Position numbers and translations under genes: made by a program. DNA of 55,778 bases, filler included, from Sphacelaria rigidula (taxonomy: Eukaryota), in NCBI GenBank assembly GCA_964200075.2. It is 6 parts of 6 records of this genome, joined end to end, with 100 filler letters (N's around TTAATTAATTAA, not from the genome) between each part and the next. Parts side by side here need not be neighbours in the genome. Positions count along the whole stretch, not along the records: positions 1 to 9,214 come from CAXNAA020009029.1; positions 9,315 to 18,528 come from CAXNAA020009030.1; 4 more parts are not named here. One strand, written 5' to 3'. Shown piece by piece: positions 1 to 11,129 of the stretch. Position 1 is the first letter of the stretch. Each line of letters begins with the position of its first letter. Below the pieces are notes generated by a model that had not been told where the DNA came from, searched no databases, and saw nothing but the letters and a program-made list of their open reading frames with translations.

Positions 1-2342
1 TGACGGAGTTGTTGTAGTTCATTTGGACAAGGGACAAGTGCAGGTCCCAGTCCGTTTGTCGCTTATTGGTCACTGTGGCAAGCATTTGCGCCATCGTGTG
101 ATTAACTCGTTCGGTCCCACCGTTTGTGGACGGATGGTATGAACTAGTAAAAATACGATGGGCACCCAGGAGATTACTGATCGCGGCAGAAAGTTTGCCG
201 GCAAAATGTGGGCCGTTATCGGATGACAAACCTTTGGAGACACCCCACTGAGGGATGTATGTGTACACCAGGACGTTGGCAGTCCCTTCTGCACTATAGT
301 TGGCCTCCGAAACAGCATTCATCACAGCATGTCGACTGAACCGATCCGTAAACAACAAAGTGTACTCGTTACCACTGTCAGTGAGGGGCAGGGGGCCAAA
401 GTAGTCCCATAAAACTATTTCACCAGGCCCATTGGGAAGGGGCATAGAGATTACCGGCCATCTAACTGTTTGACGCGAAGTTTTACGTGCCTGGCAAAGA
501 AGACACCGCCGAACCCACCAACGCACACATTGGTCCATACAAATCCACCAAAAAAACGCTGAAGCATCTGGGATGTCCTAGCGACGCCCAGATGTGTGGA
601 TGCTTGTGAGTGGCATTCATGGAGAACCCATAGACGCAGAAGCATCGGGACATGAATACGTATGGGGGCATCACCCAACAAACGGGCGTGATTACTTGAA
701 GATTTCCCTCCAGGAGGGTTCGTGGGGGGCCGGTGAACTAAAGAACAACGCTATCATCATCCGTATAAAGCATGCCTTTACGCGATATTTCAGCAACTTC
801 ATTCTGTGTGGGGGCTCGGTGGGGCCCTACTGGCAAAAGGAACTCAGTTTCTGGAAAGGGGGAGGGGCATCCTTTGGATAGATAATGTACAGCTGCTCTC
901 CAAGTAGGTTCATCTTGCTGTTCCCGGGCCCAATCGGCGTGAGAAAAAAGGGTCAGTTCCTTGAATACACTGTCGGAGGGGGTGTCCAAAACGCAGCGGA
1001 TCGAATCGCTGTGGGATGGACACGAGCCGTTATTTGGATCAAGGGCAGAAGAGGTGGTCAGTGTATTCTCAAACGGAACGTTCACCTCTATTCCTACGTT
1101 ATGGGGGGTGTTGGATGGTGTGGTACCGGAGGTGGTACCATCACGGGGTGGAGGAAGCACAGTCGAGGTCTCGACTATGGTGGGCAGAGGGGGTTTGGAC
1201 GGTGTCGATTTTCTGGGGGCTTTGCGCCGTGGAGGTAGCGGGGGCGCAAGGAGGCTATCGGGGACTGGAATGGGGTTGGGGATTGGGAGGTCTAGGCCGA
1301 CTGCTGCCAGGGCGGCAGCCGTTTCCGCGGCCCGGCATCCTCGGGTCCCACTCGAGATGAGGTCTCGGACTTGAACCGGGAGGACGCAGTCAGTATAAAC
1401 CGGCTCTACAGTACAAACCATCCGATGACCAGACGCACGAAATTGATTATACCCGCCGGTAGTTGCACGAATTTCACTCCTAACTGAACACAACGATCGT
1501 GGGGCCAAACTGCCCAATACAGAAGCGTGAGCCGAAGACGTCAGCTTATTTTTAACAAGTGCCGAGTTGTGGTTCAGTGAGAGTGGAGTGTAGAGTCCGC
1601 GATGACCATTTGTGCTTATGAAATATACAATGTCTTCGGTGGGGTCTGTGATGCGACCCAAGGCGGAGGTGTCGATGGGTTGGGCTGGTAAGGGCAAGCG
1701 TGACAGGAAGTCGGCATTTGCGTTTTGGGGACCTGTGCGGTACTTCAACGTGAAGCTGTAGGAAGACAGGATTTCAAACCAGCGTTGAACCCGGGCGTTT
1801 TGTTCCGCCATTTTGGCGAGGTTCTCCAAAGACTCATGATCTGTATAAATCACAAACGGGAGGTCATACAAATATTGCCGGAGCCGGCGCACTCCCCAAA
1901 CAATTGCACCTGCTTCTTGTTCCATAACGGACCAGTTCTGTTCGTTTGGGTAGGTGGTTCGGCTCAGATATATAATGGGGCGAACACTAGCATCGTCTTG
2001 TTTCTGTTCCAGTGTGCAGCCAAACCCAATTTTCGAAGAATCCGTGTGCAGTCGGAACGGACGGGAGCCATTTTCAGCAGCTGACCAGTCTGGAAAGACC
2101 AGAATTGGCGGCTTTGACAACGTGTCGAGCTGCTCTCGTCCAGCATTTTCCATTGCCGACGTGAACACGCATTTTCCCCCCTTCTTGAGGAGGGTTGTGA
2201 GAGGTTTTAGAGCTTGGGCTAAATTTGGCAGATATTGACGGTAGTAGCTCAAACCACCGAGTAAAGAGCGCAGTTGAGAGACATCGCGTGGCATGGACAT
2301 ATCTCTAAGTGCGGCAACTTTGTCTCCGTGCGGGGGCTCCAA
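1..2342 (-). mobile_element. Ty3/Gypsy LTR retrotransposon pol fragment (RT C-terminus, RNase H, linker, integrase H2C2 and DDE core), pseudogenised
   Basis: ORF 738-2342 has the RT thumb (QLRSLLGGLSYYRQY) and Ty3 RNase H motifs (LHTDSS...EQEAGAIVWG...YTDH...NANADFLSR). After frameshifts near 741 and 550 it continues into HECH...HLG...CLLCQ and an open integrase core (WDYFGP...SDNG-x35-E in GGTERVN) to base 1. RT-RH-IN order is Gypsy. Confidence 0.95.
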
Positions 2343-3065
2343 CTGTGATGTGATAAGTGGTGAAACACCTTGTGGAGAGTGTAATGGTGCTCACCACGAT
2401 TGTTCCAGGTTCAGACCTCTGTGTACGTTGTTTGTTTACACGGCTCAGCAGCGCAGGCTGACCACAGTCGCTCTCGTGTTGCTTTCACACAAGGAGACAA
2501 CAAGCAAATAATACAGACCAGAATAGCACTTTTATCACGCAATCAATTGTATCCAACTTCATCTACAGAACAGGGAGATACAACACAAATCGAAACAAGC
2601 CGAAACCGAAATCAATAAAACACACCAGACAAAACAGTAGCCCGATTACTGCTCATATCTCTGGGACTCACTTTCTCGCGGTTTGTAGATACTCCAATGA
2701 GGAACTGTTGGGTCGTAGCCAAAGCCGGGAATGAAAAGAGAGTGGGGCTCGTAGGGGCTGCTATTTCAAACGTGTTTCGCCGCCCCCTAAATCAACATAA
2801 GCTGAGGTCATACCATAATATCCAAAAGCCGTGCTCCTCAATTCATGCCATGGTTGGGTCACTACCTTTTTTCGAATTCAAATACATGCTCTCCGTAGAA
2901 CGTCAACCTCAAGGGGCAGCCAATTCTCCGCTTATTGAACATGAAAATGTCCATCATTCAATGTCACCTTTGCCCAAGATCATGACTACGTCCTGCAGTC
3001 ACATCATATCATATTCAGTCTTCATTGTTTGCCATCGTAAGCAAGGTTAATAAGGTGGCATACTA

Positions 3066-3145
3066 AAAACAAATAAAATTGAAAAAGAACAAGCTCCTGG
3101 GTGACCCCGGCTGGTGCGCCCACATATATATACCGAAAGGGGTAG
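3066..3145 (+). repeat. Short dispersed repeat, copy 1 (copy 2 at 4279-4383)
   Basis: CAAGCTCCTGKGTGACCCCGGCTGGTGCGC...ATACCGAAAGG occurs at both sites. Confidence 0.8.
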
Positions 3146-4278
3146 ATCAGAGCTATACTATCGTAGAAGTTCACGTTTTTCGCCAAAATGTTTCCTGGGG
3201 TGTTGGACGGGTCACTTTGAGAATCGGCATCATTTTATGTTGAGATAAAGTGAAAATGATGGTGATTCACGAAAACTCCCCTGCGCACATTTCAATGTCC
3301 AGTCGCCGCATATTTCGATTGCACAGTAGGCGATAAAAAATAAAGGCAAGCACCGCAGAAGGAAGGTGCAGCGCCTGTCTTATTAGCACTTTTTTTTCGC
3401 CGGTCTGATAGGCCCACCGCATTTGTGTTCCTCGAATGCTTCAACTCAAAGTTATAATTAGCGACGCGCGGAGAAGAATGAAACGAGGGAAGAAAAAAAA
3501 AACGATCGGAAACATGCAGTCGAAAGGCACGACGCCGCACGTGACTCCTATCTTACAGACCATCACGCCAGATAATACCTGTTTACAGGGTCATGCAAAC
3601 TCCATCTAACTCATTCTCAGCTACCACCGCAACCCTGCAGCATGGAGCACGAGTTGAGCACAGGGATAGATACAATACAGTAGTTGAGTGCGCTTTGATT
3701 ATTATTTTAATTGGCGAAACCTTGCGTATCTACTCTCATGGTAGGCAGTTGGGACGGAACTGCGTGGCACGGTGGGTATACCCGAGTTACGTGCACGCTC
3801 ATGGACAAGGCAGACAGTACAAAGCTGCACGTTGCTGAAGTTCTTTTCAGATCGCATTGAAAGCAGAGAGGAATGATAGTCGTAGGCTGTCTGCACTGCA
3901 CGTTGCCTGCTTCTCCTTTATATCTTCCTGCACGAAACACACCCACGCACTCAACACACCCTTCTTGGAAGCAGTGCAGACAGTACAGACTGCCTGTGCT
4001 GCACACGAGACCATGTGCCGTTTCACGCCTTTCACTGTAGGTTTTGGATCGAATGCTTGAAAATCCATCTGCACCCAACTGCATTAAAACGAGAAACTCT
4101 CACTGAGATCGATTCCACCGCCCCATTTTCTTGATCGAAAAAAAAGTGCCAAGACAGGCCCTCACACCATGCTCAACAGTAGAGAGCGAACATGTCGTGG
4201 GTACACAAAAATCGACGACGAGGGAAAGCGACTGCTGACCCCTTCTCGCGATAAAAAGTAAAGGCAAGCGCTGCAGTG

Positions 4279-4327
4279 AAAACAAATAACAAGGATCAAG
4301 CTCCTGTGTGACCCCGGCTGGTGCGCG

Positions 4328-4371
<44 letters not shown>

Positions 4372-4383
4372 GAAAGGTGTAGC
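4279..4383 (+). repeat. Short dispersed repeat, copy 2, with expanded (CA)n(TA)n microsatellite
   Basis: Matches 3066-3145. The internal CA/TA run is expanded at 4328-4369. Confidence 0.8.
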
Positions 4384-4594
4384 GTTTTTCAATTCCAACA
4401 ATATCACACCCATACCGTATCTTCCTTCTCCTACTCCTCTCATGTAAATGAGTTTCATTACCAATACGCATATCATATCCTCGGCTTAATCTTCTGGTAG
4501 GAGTCATTACCTTCACCCTCTCCCTTCCATATTTTATTCTTTTTCACGCCTATCATGGAGGACGGGGCCGCCGATAGGCGGCCCCGTCCGATCC

Positions 4595-4810
4595 TTGTAA
4601 TATATACAATATATTCTATATTAAGGAGAAGAAGCATATGTGTAATATAGACCAATAATATTCACCTATATTATGGTAAATAATATATGAAATATAGTAT
4701 ATGAAACATAATATATGACATGTAATATATTGAATATAGTATATGATATGTAATATATGAAATATAATATACGAAATAATATATTACATACAATATATCA
4801 TGTATAATGT
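4595..4810. repeat. AT-rich low-complexity tract
   Basis: Degenerate TAATATATGA-like units. Confidence 0.75.
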
Positions 4811-5035
4811 ACAAGGATCTCTACTGTCTACGGCAGCTGACCGCATTCGCCAACGCTTCGGCGGGAAATCAGGGGACACACGGCTGGGAGTCTCCCCCCT
4901 CCCCTCAAAAACTCGAATTTTCCATATTGGGGTCTACGTGTCCCAAAAGATATTTTCAACAGACCATTGGCGTGGCCCAGATTAAATCACATACAATTTG
5001 AACATCAATTCGTTTCCATAGGAACATTTAGTTCT

Positions 5036-5249
5036 GACACTCTCTACGATAGCCCCCCCAAAAAAGAGTGCACACTTTTGGGAGGCCAAATCTTCACGTA
5101 AATCGAAACGGGAAAGGCCGAGTACAACGAGAAGCTGGGAATTCCCGCGCTTGGGTTCGTTCTAGCCAATGNNNNNNNNNNCGCTGTATGGCCATTTTTT
5201 TCGTGACACTTTTAGCTGGTTTTGGGGGGGGGCTATCATAGAAAGTGTC
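5036..5249. mobile_element. Non-autonomous TIR element (MITE) with 4-bp TSD TTCT; spans a 10-N gap
   Basis: Left end GACACTCTCTACGATAGCCCCCCCAAAA; right end reverse-complement GACACTTTCTATGATAGCCCCCCCCCAAAA. TTCT at 5032-5035 and 5250-5253. A homologous copy lies inverted at about 40091-40325. Confidence 0.85.
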
Positions 5250-6042
5250 TTCTCACTTTCCGGTATCGCCTGTAATCACCAATCCTGGAGGATAAAGGGT
5301 TAATATTCCGAAGAATTAGTCGCTAGATATATAATCCATAATCAAACAAACATGATGTTGAACATTCTTTGACATTGCGGCGGCTTATTACCCTTGACTG
5401 GCATTCAACGTATTGAACGAAAAAACAGTGTTCGGCTGCAGTCTGTTTTATTTGATGCGGAATTGAAACGTGGTAAATGTGTAAAGACTATTTTTAATTC
5501 GTGACACTATAGTACAAGGGGTGGTGATTTTGTCACACCCATTACTTGATTGCTCTTTGAAGAAAATACGTCGTTAAGTACACTGACACTAGTCGTAGAG
5601 CTAACGACTCCGAATTCAGAAGTGTCCCACAACGTCACTTGTGTTAACCCGTCAACTTCTACGGTTTGCTATTTGTCGATAGGGTGCAGTTTGGCTGCAA
5701 GGGTGTCGCAGCGGTAGACACGTAATCGCATATTTCTTCCATTTTCCGAGCCCCGCCGCCCTTGCTATATACGTATATATGGTTGTGCATATCAATCCTT
5801 GCCCCGGGCTTTTTCATAGATTGTATTTTCGTCGGGCTCTTACATCGTGCTACGCTGCACCGGTGCACGCAAGTTCCTTGGACCTAGACTGCGTGCATCC
5901 TTGGGGGTAGGCCGTGTTTTATCGGGACACAACATCATTCCAAAATCACCCCGGCCTGTGACTGGCCACGGCGATACATCGCTCCTGAAACTGACAACAT
6001 TTCAATATTAGATGACATTTTCGCCAAACTATGAGTAATAAG

Positions 6043-6337
6043 GTTTTCGTGAGATTGAGAGTAGAGCGCTGATTGAGACTTGCGTTGATCATTCGCTTTA
6101 TCTCAGCCATTTTGACATTCCGTGTCTGCTTTTCTTTACCTTTATCACTTGCGTGTGCTTAAACCCCACACGGCGATTTCCTACTCAGGGAATTCAAGGG
6201 CCTCAGTGGCAAGCTACTACGGAAAGCATACTGGGCCTTGATGAGGGGCATTTCGGGACTGAAACGATTTATTCACTTACGCTTATTGACCGCTTTTCAT
6301 TCTCAATCGTATCCTCTACTCTCAATCTCACGAAAAC
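6043..6337. mobile_element. MITE/foldback element with 24-bp perfect terminal inverted repeat
   Basis: GTTTTCGTGAGATTGAGAGTAGAG at 6043 versus CTCTACTCTCAATCTCACGAAAAC ending 6337. The right arm recurs at 14441-14530 and 43886-43971. No clear TSD. Confidence 0.75.
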
Positions 6338-7982
6338 ACTGTTGAGTCTAGCATGCCATTGAGAGCGAGCTTCCAGTAGGATCGCGTTGTTACACTGATG
6401 TATTTCATTCATTGATGAAACACCAACATGTCTAAATGTCAAGTGCAATGATGCTGATTTACCATCACAATATCTGCTTTCGTCATCCTGTCCTGTTCAA
6501 TGACGGAACTGGACGTATTTACGTCGAATCTCCACGAGAGCCGACCTCTCACGTCTTCAGCTCGCCTTGTGCTCTGTGAATCCGCAGCGTACTACCTCTC
6601 ACGTGAAAACATCCTCGTCCGAAGACAAAGACCAAGCGTGTCTCTGAATCGCTGTTCTTCCATCTGATGGTAACAGCCATGGCCAACGTTTCCGCTTTCT
6701 TCCTTCCCTCTCCGATGGTACAGCTCCCAAAATAAAAACTGTTCCAGGTACATATCATGGACATTTCTTTCTCGACTCACAGTGCTGTTAAAGAAAACAC
6801 ATGAGTGACCACGTCCCAGCAAACATGCTGCGGTATTGCCTTCAAAACCCAAAGCTACCGTCGAAGTGTTTTACTTTACTGAGCCGGAAAACGGAGTGCC
6901 TTCCCCACGAACGTAACTTTCCAAGATGACGTGCCCGCGTCAAAGCGTTTGACCCGCCCAAGGAAGAAAATAACGTTTCGGTGTGATGCACTTGAGCCTT
7001 TTCCCCCAACACACGTACCCATATCCCCAAACATCCCCAATATTTCCAAAAGCACAACAAGTGCCGACCCTTGCACGCAACATGCATACACATATATATA
7101 TATATATACTGAACCCGAGACCTCGCGTCCACCTCGTGCGACTCAAGTTCACGAGGGAGACAAGCCGTCTCTCACGTTGCCCCTATCTCTGATAATAATA
7201 ATTAGCCATAGAGAGTCATCATCAGCAGCAACAGCGAAAACGACCACTGCTTCTAGACAAAAACTAGTACAAATAAATCAAGCACGAACCAGATGTTTAT
7301 ATATTGTGTATATACTACATTCCAACATTCTGTCATAAGTGCTGGACCCACGCTCCAACGTACATGTGATCAATCTTTTGCCCTCAATCGTTCTACGCGA
7401 CTCTTCGAGTTCAATTGTCGGAGACCCAAATTACTTCAAACCCCGTCCCCCAGCATCGCTGTCATTCCCTATCCCTTCATCTTGGCAAGCTCTCTCGGAC
7501 CCCTCCTTCTACACACCGTCCACTGTAGCTCAGGTCGCAACCACTGGCGCAATTCACCCCCGTGTAATGTTTGTTCCTCAATTCCCTCCCACCCTTTAGG
7601 CATCTTTGTTTGCCGACTTGAACCCATTCGCGTCGCTTTCTCCGTCTCTTCTTCCTCCCCCGCCTCACCTCCCTCCATCCCTTCAACTATTGCTACTACG
7701 GCTAGGCACTGTTCATCGGCATACAAATCCGATAAAAAGAGCAGGGAGCTCTGAGCCGATATAACGAACCACCTCCCAGAAGGCAACACCCGACAAATTA
7801 TACTGCTGAACGTTGAGTTCTATTGTACTATGAGTTGGTGACGCTCGCGGGGGTGAGGGGGAAACAGGGGGAGGAACCGCTTTCTGGTCGTGATGTCATC
7901 CACTACTGTTGTGTAGCAGGAAGCACACCAAGTGTTGTTGTTGATTGTCGTGTTATGTGTAAACCTGCACTGCCTTCATTAC

Positions 7983-8888
7983 CCGTGGTAAATGTAGTTC
8001 TGAGGAGTTTCTGGGTTGAACATTCGAGGACCCACCCCACACACCCCACCCTGCTGCATGAGCGGCTGAGGTGAGATCCAATGCCCCATCTTCGAATTGA
8101 CCTGCTGGTAGTTGGGCTGTTGGTCTTGGAGAATGTTGGGAATCCGATGAGGTTGCCTGAAGATGTATTCAGGCTGGTTCTGGGGAAACTGGCTCTGGTT
8201 CTGGAGAACCTGAGTCTGGTTCTGAGGAAGCTGGTTCTGGATCTGGGCGACTTGAATCTGGTTCTGAGGGCACTGGGTTTGGCTCTGGGGGAACTGGGTT
8301 TGGCTGTTGGGAATCTGGTTCTGGCTCTGGGGGAACTGGCTCTGACCCTGAGGGAACTGGCTCTGACTCTGAGGGAACTGGTTCTGGGTCTGGGGAATCT
8401 GACTCTGGTCCTGAGAGAAATGGTTTGGGCTCTGGGGGAACTGGTTCTGGGTCTGGGGAAACTGGCTCTGGTTCGGAGGAGCCTGGTTCTGGGTCTGGGG
8501 GAAATAAATGTGGTTCTGAGGATACTGGTTCTGGCTCAGAGGCTGGGGCTGACACTGGTGTTGAGGGAACTGATTTTGAGCTGACTGGTTCGGAGGGAAC
8601 TGGCTCTGATTGTGAGGGCATTGGTTTTGGTTCTGGGGGAAACGGTTCTGGATCTGGGGAACCTGAATCGGGATCTGGGGAACCTGGATCGGGATCTGGG
8701 GAACCTGGATCGGAATCTGGGGAACCTGGATCGGAATCTGAAGAACCTGGATCGGGATCTGGGGAACCTGGTTCTGGTTCTGGGAGAACTGATGCGCAAA
8801 CTGGTTCTGAGGGAACTGGCTCTGAGGGATCTGGTTCTGGGGCTGGAGCTGGGGCTGGGGCTGGTTCTCGCGACCCAGTCCGTTGTCA
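7983..8888 (-). CDS. Putative internal exon encoding a Q/N/P-rich heptad-repeat low-complexity protein
   Basis: Acceptor TTCTATATTGCAG (AG at 8890-8889) and donor GG|GTAATG (GT at 7982-7981) bracket 906 bp, phase 2-2, with no stops. Translation is dominated by units such as QNQFPQS and QIPIQVP. Confidence 0.5.
8170..8868. repeat. Degenerate 21-bp tandem repeat (coding minisatellite)
   Basis: Roughly 30 units resembling CTGGTTCTGGGGGAACTGGCT, with some 15-bp variants. Confidence 0.9.
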
Positions 8889-9214
8889 CTGCAATATAGA
8901 ACAGAGGGCACGCGCGTACAAATATTACACCAAGAAAAGGGCGGGGCGGTCAGCAGGGGGATAGTACCAAATGAATACTAGAGAGCTCAATCCTTCAAAT
9001 TGCATGATATCACAACCATCGCAGGGAATATGTACCGCTACGTAACCTAGCTGTGGTTAAATGGTCATCTATATATTAACACGCGACGCAACCCCGAAGC
9101 ACATCTCACGGACGGGGGTAAGGAAAATGGGGGGGGGGGGGGGGGGGAAATTTTCCCCTTTTGTGCTATTTTTAAAACCCGAACTGGGCGAAATATTGGT
9201 TGGAGCAGCCCGCG

Positions 9215-9314
9215 NNNNNNNNNNNNNNNNNNNNNNNNNNNNNNNNNNNNNNNNNNNNTTAATTAATTAANNNNNNNNNNNNNNNNNNNNNNNNNNNNNN
9301 NNNNNNNNNNNNNN
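9215..9314. other. Artificial contig spacer (44N-TTAATTAATTAA-44N)
   Basis: Identical 100-bp structure occurs five times. The 12-mer puts stop codons in all six frames. Confidence 0.98.
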
Positions 9315-9545
9315 CGGGTCTTCCGTGCAAGAGAGAAATGCCACTTCAACCCCATATTTTGTATGAACCCCAAAGTTTCAAATCGGCTGTTTTGTGTGCT
9401 TTGAGCCGAAATGCACCCACTGGGTTGTAGCCCTTTACAGCGCACATGCCGCGCTCAGCAGGAAAAGTCGGATCATGGCCTATTATTTCTTCTGCAGGTT
9501 TTGAGGGTCGGCTTGAAATGCACGTGGGAATAAGGATCAACCCCG

Positions 9546-9792
9546 GAGTGATGCTGCGGTAGGGTCTGCACTTTTTGGGCCAAAACCGGCCTGAGAGCCA
9601 CGAGAGTCTTGTTCCATCGAGAACATTGTGACCTTCGCCCGAACCTTAGACTGGAATTATCTCATGGGTCATGGATGCATGTTCCACCCTGAGGCTTTCA
9701 GAACTGTGGTGAGAGTCAAAGGCGATTCGACATGCCTAAATCCCGATTTCCTCTAAGGCCGCAAAAGCGCAGACCCTATCGCAGCATCACTC
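9546..9792. mobile_element. 247-bp MITE with ~35-bp TIRs, GAG...CTC termini and 4-bp TSD CCCG
   Basis: GAGTGATGCTGCGGTAGGGTCTGCACTTTTTGGGCC versus right-end reverse-complement GAGTGATGCTGCGATAGGGTCTGCGCTTTTGCGGCC. CCCG at 9542-9545 and 9793-9796. Confidence 0.88.
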
Positions 9793-10029
9793 CCCGGAAT
9801 GTCTCACTGGTGCGGAGGTGTATCTGGCGTCTGAACAGGAATAGCGTTACCTTCACGCACGATTTCTCCCTGTCAAGGATGTAGTCTAAAATCAAGTGTA
9901 TCCCAAGAAACGAACGAAAAGAGGCGATGGTTCAGGATGGTTAGTAGAGTGTCACCAAACACCCCGGACACTTTTCGTAGGCTAGCAACCCCCCCGCCTT
10001 TGGCACCCCTACACACGCAGCCATTTGGC

Positions 10030-10285
10030 TACCCCCTGAAAGGCCTCCGGGGGGATGCGCGGCCCTTCAGAGGCAAGACAAGCCTCCGCAGGCCTTCAAC
10101 CCCTCTGGAGGAAATCAAACACTACCGGCCTAGAGGGCCGCGCACCCCTACAAAGGAAAAAACAAGCGTCCCGGCGCGTTTAATCCCTCTGGAGACAACA
10201 AAAAAGTATTCCTTTGGAGGGCCGCGCATCCCTCCAGAGGCGTTCAGTTCTTCTGGAGGCTCGAAAAGTTTACCGCCCTGGAGGA
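10030..10285 (+). repeat. Degenerate subrepeat array (CCCTCTGGAG/GCGCGGCCC motifs); related copy at about 16105-16185
   Basis: GCCTCCGGRGRGATGCGCGGCCCTTSAGAGGCAARAMAAGC and AATCCCTCTGGAG are shared between the two sites. Confidence 0.7.
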
Positions 10286-10497
10286 ATTTTGAGGATAGCC
10301 AAATGGCCGCGTGTCTAACGCTCATCACGTTAGCTGTGGGGCTGGAAGCCCATACTTGCTTATACTTTGTACTTATTAGTTACGGTTAAGGTCGTTTTCG
10401 CTTCTCGCAATTTCGTTCTGAATCACTACGCGTGCGAGAACAGTGGCGTTGGTACCTGCGGCGGTACTGCCACGTGCGTCAGCCGTGGCTTACCACT

Positions 10498-10653
10498 AGT
10501 AATGATATTAATAATAATAATGATATTAGTTATAATAATATTAATCATAATTATATTAATCATAATCATATTAATCATAGTCATAATCATAATCATAATC
10601 ATAATCATAATCATAATCATAATTATAATCATAATCATAATCATAATCATAAT
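10498..10653. repeat. (AAT/CAT)n microsatellite
   Basis: ATAATC/ATA runs read directly. Confidence 0.95.
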
Positions 10654-10973
10654 AAAACATTCCCTTTTGCAACTGATCCATGCAAGGGGCCCCACATTGA
10701 AATGTCACGCCACCAGGGCCACCCCTCCCCTACCCCCCCAAGGGATCGAGAATGAGGAAATGACCACATCAGCTGTACAAAAACCTTATTCTTCTCGTTT
10801 CTCTAAAAATATGCGGAATTAAACGATCAATCGCATCACCTAGGGTCCTCGTCGACATGAGCAGCCCAAAACCGAGGAGCTTTGGGGGGTCAGTCGTTCT
10901 TTTTGTGGCCGTAGGGGGGCAAATTTTGGGACCCCTACATATTCTGGAACTGTCCATTTAGGCTAAAATATTC

Positions 10974-11129
10974 TATCGCGATGGTATCGCGATGGTATCG
11001 CGATAGGAAAAAAGGGAAATTTCTCTATCGCGATGCTGTCGCGATAGACAGAAACGGCCAGGATTGGCATCGCGATAGCATCGCGATAGAGAGCGATTGC
11101 ATATTTTCATTATGATACTATCGCGATAC
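10974..11129. repeat. Cluster of eight TCGCGA-centred palindromes (ATCGCGAT x7, GTCGCGAT x1)
   Basis: Counted directly. Arranged 3+2+2+1 with 11-bp spacing inside groups. Confidence 0.9.

Noticed and set aside
2344-3006. Possible nested solo LTR truncating the Gypsy RT (starts TGTGATGTG)
   Set aside because: RT homology does end here, but candidate CA ends near 2796 and 3006 give no matching TSD, so boundaries cannot be supported.
3600-4084. Minus-strand ORFs that look partly protein-like
   Set aside because: Short, interrupted by stops and without a recognisable domain or clear splice context.
8081-8964. Leu-rich, GSG-rich, PEP-rich and RSRFP-rich ORFs overlapping the heptad repeat
   Set aside because: Alternative frames of a stop-poor 21-bp repeat. 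Only the Q-rich frame spans the whole array and has matching splice sites.
9259-9270. TTAATTAATTAA palindrome repeated five times at ~9.3-kb intervals
   Set aside because: Always centred in 44N+44N. It is a six-frame-stop linker added during concatenation, not biology.
10367-10822. Poly-Ile, poly-HN and poly-IM ORFs (also 18351-18584)
   Set aside because: Translations of AAT/CAT microsatellites.
10974-11129. Cyanobacterial HIP1 sites suggesting contamination
   Set aside because: HIP1 is GCGATCGC and is dispersed genome-wide. The motif here is ATCGCGAT and is locally clustered.
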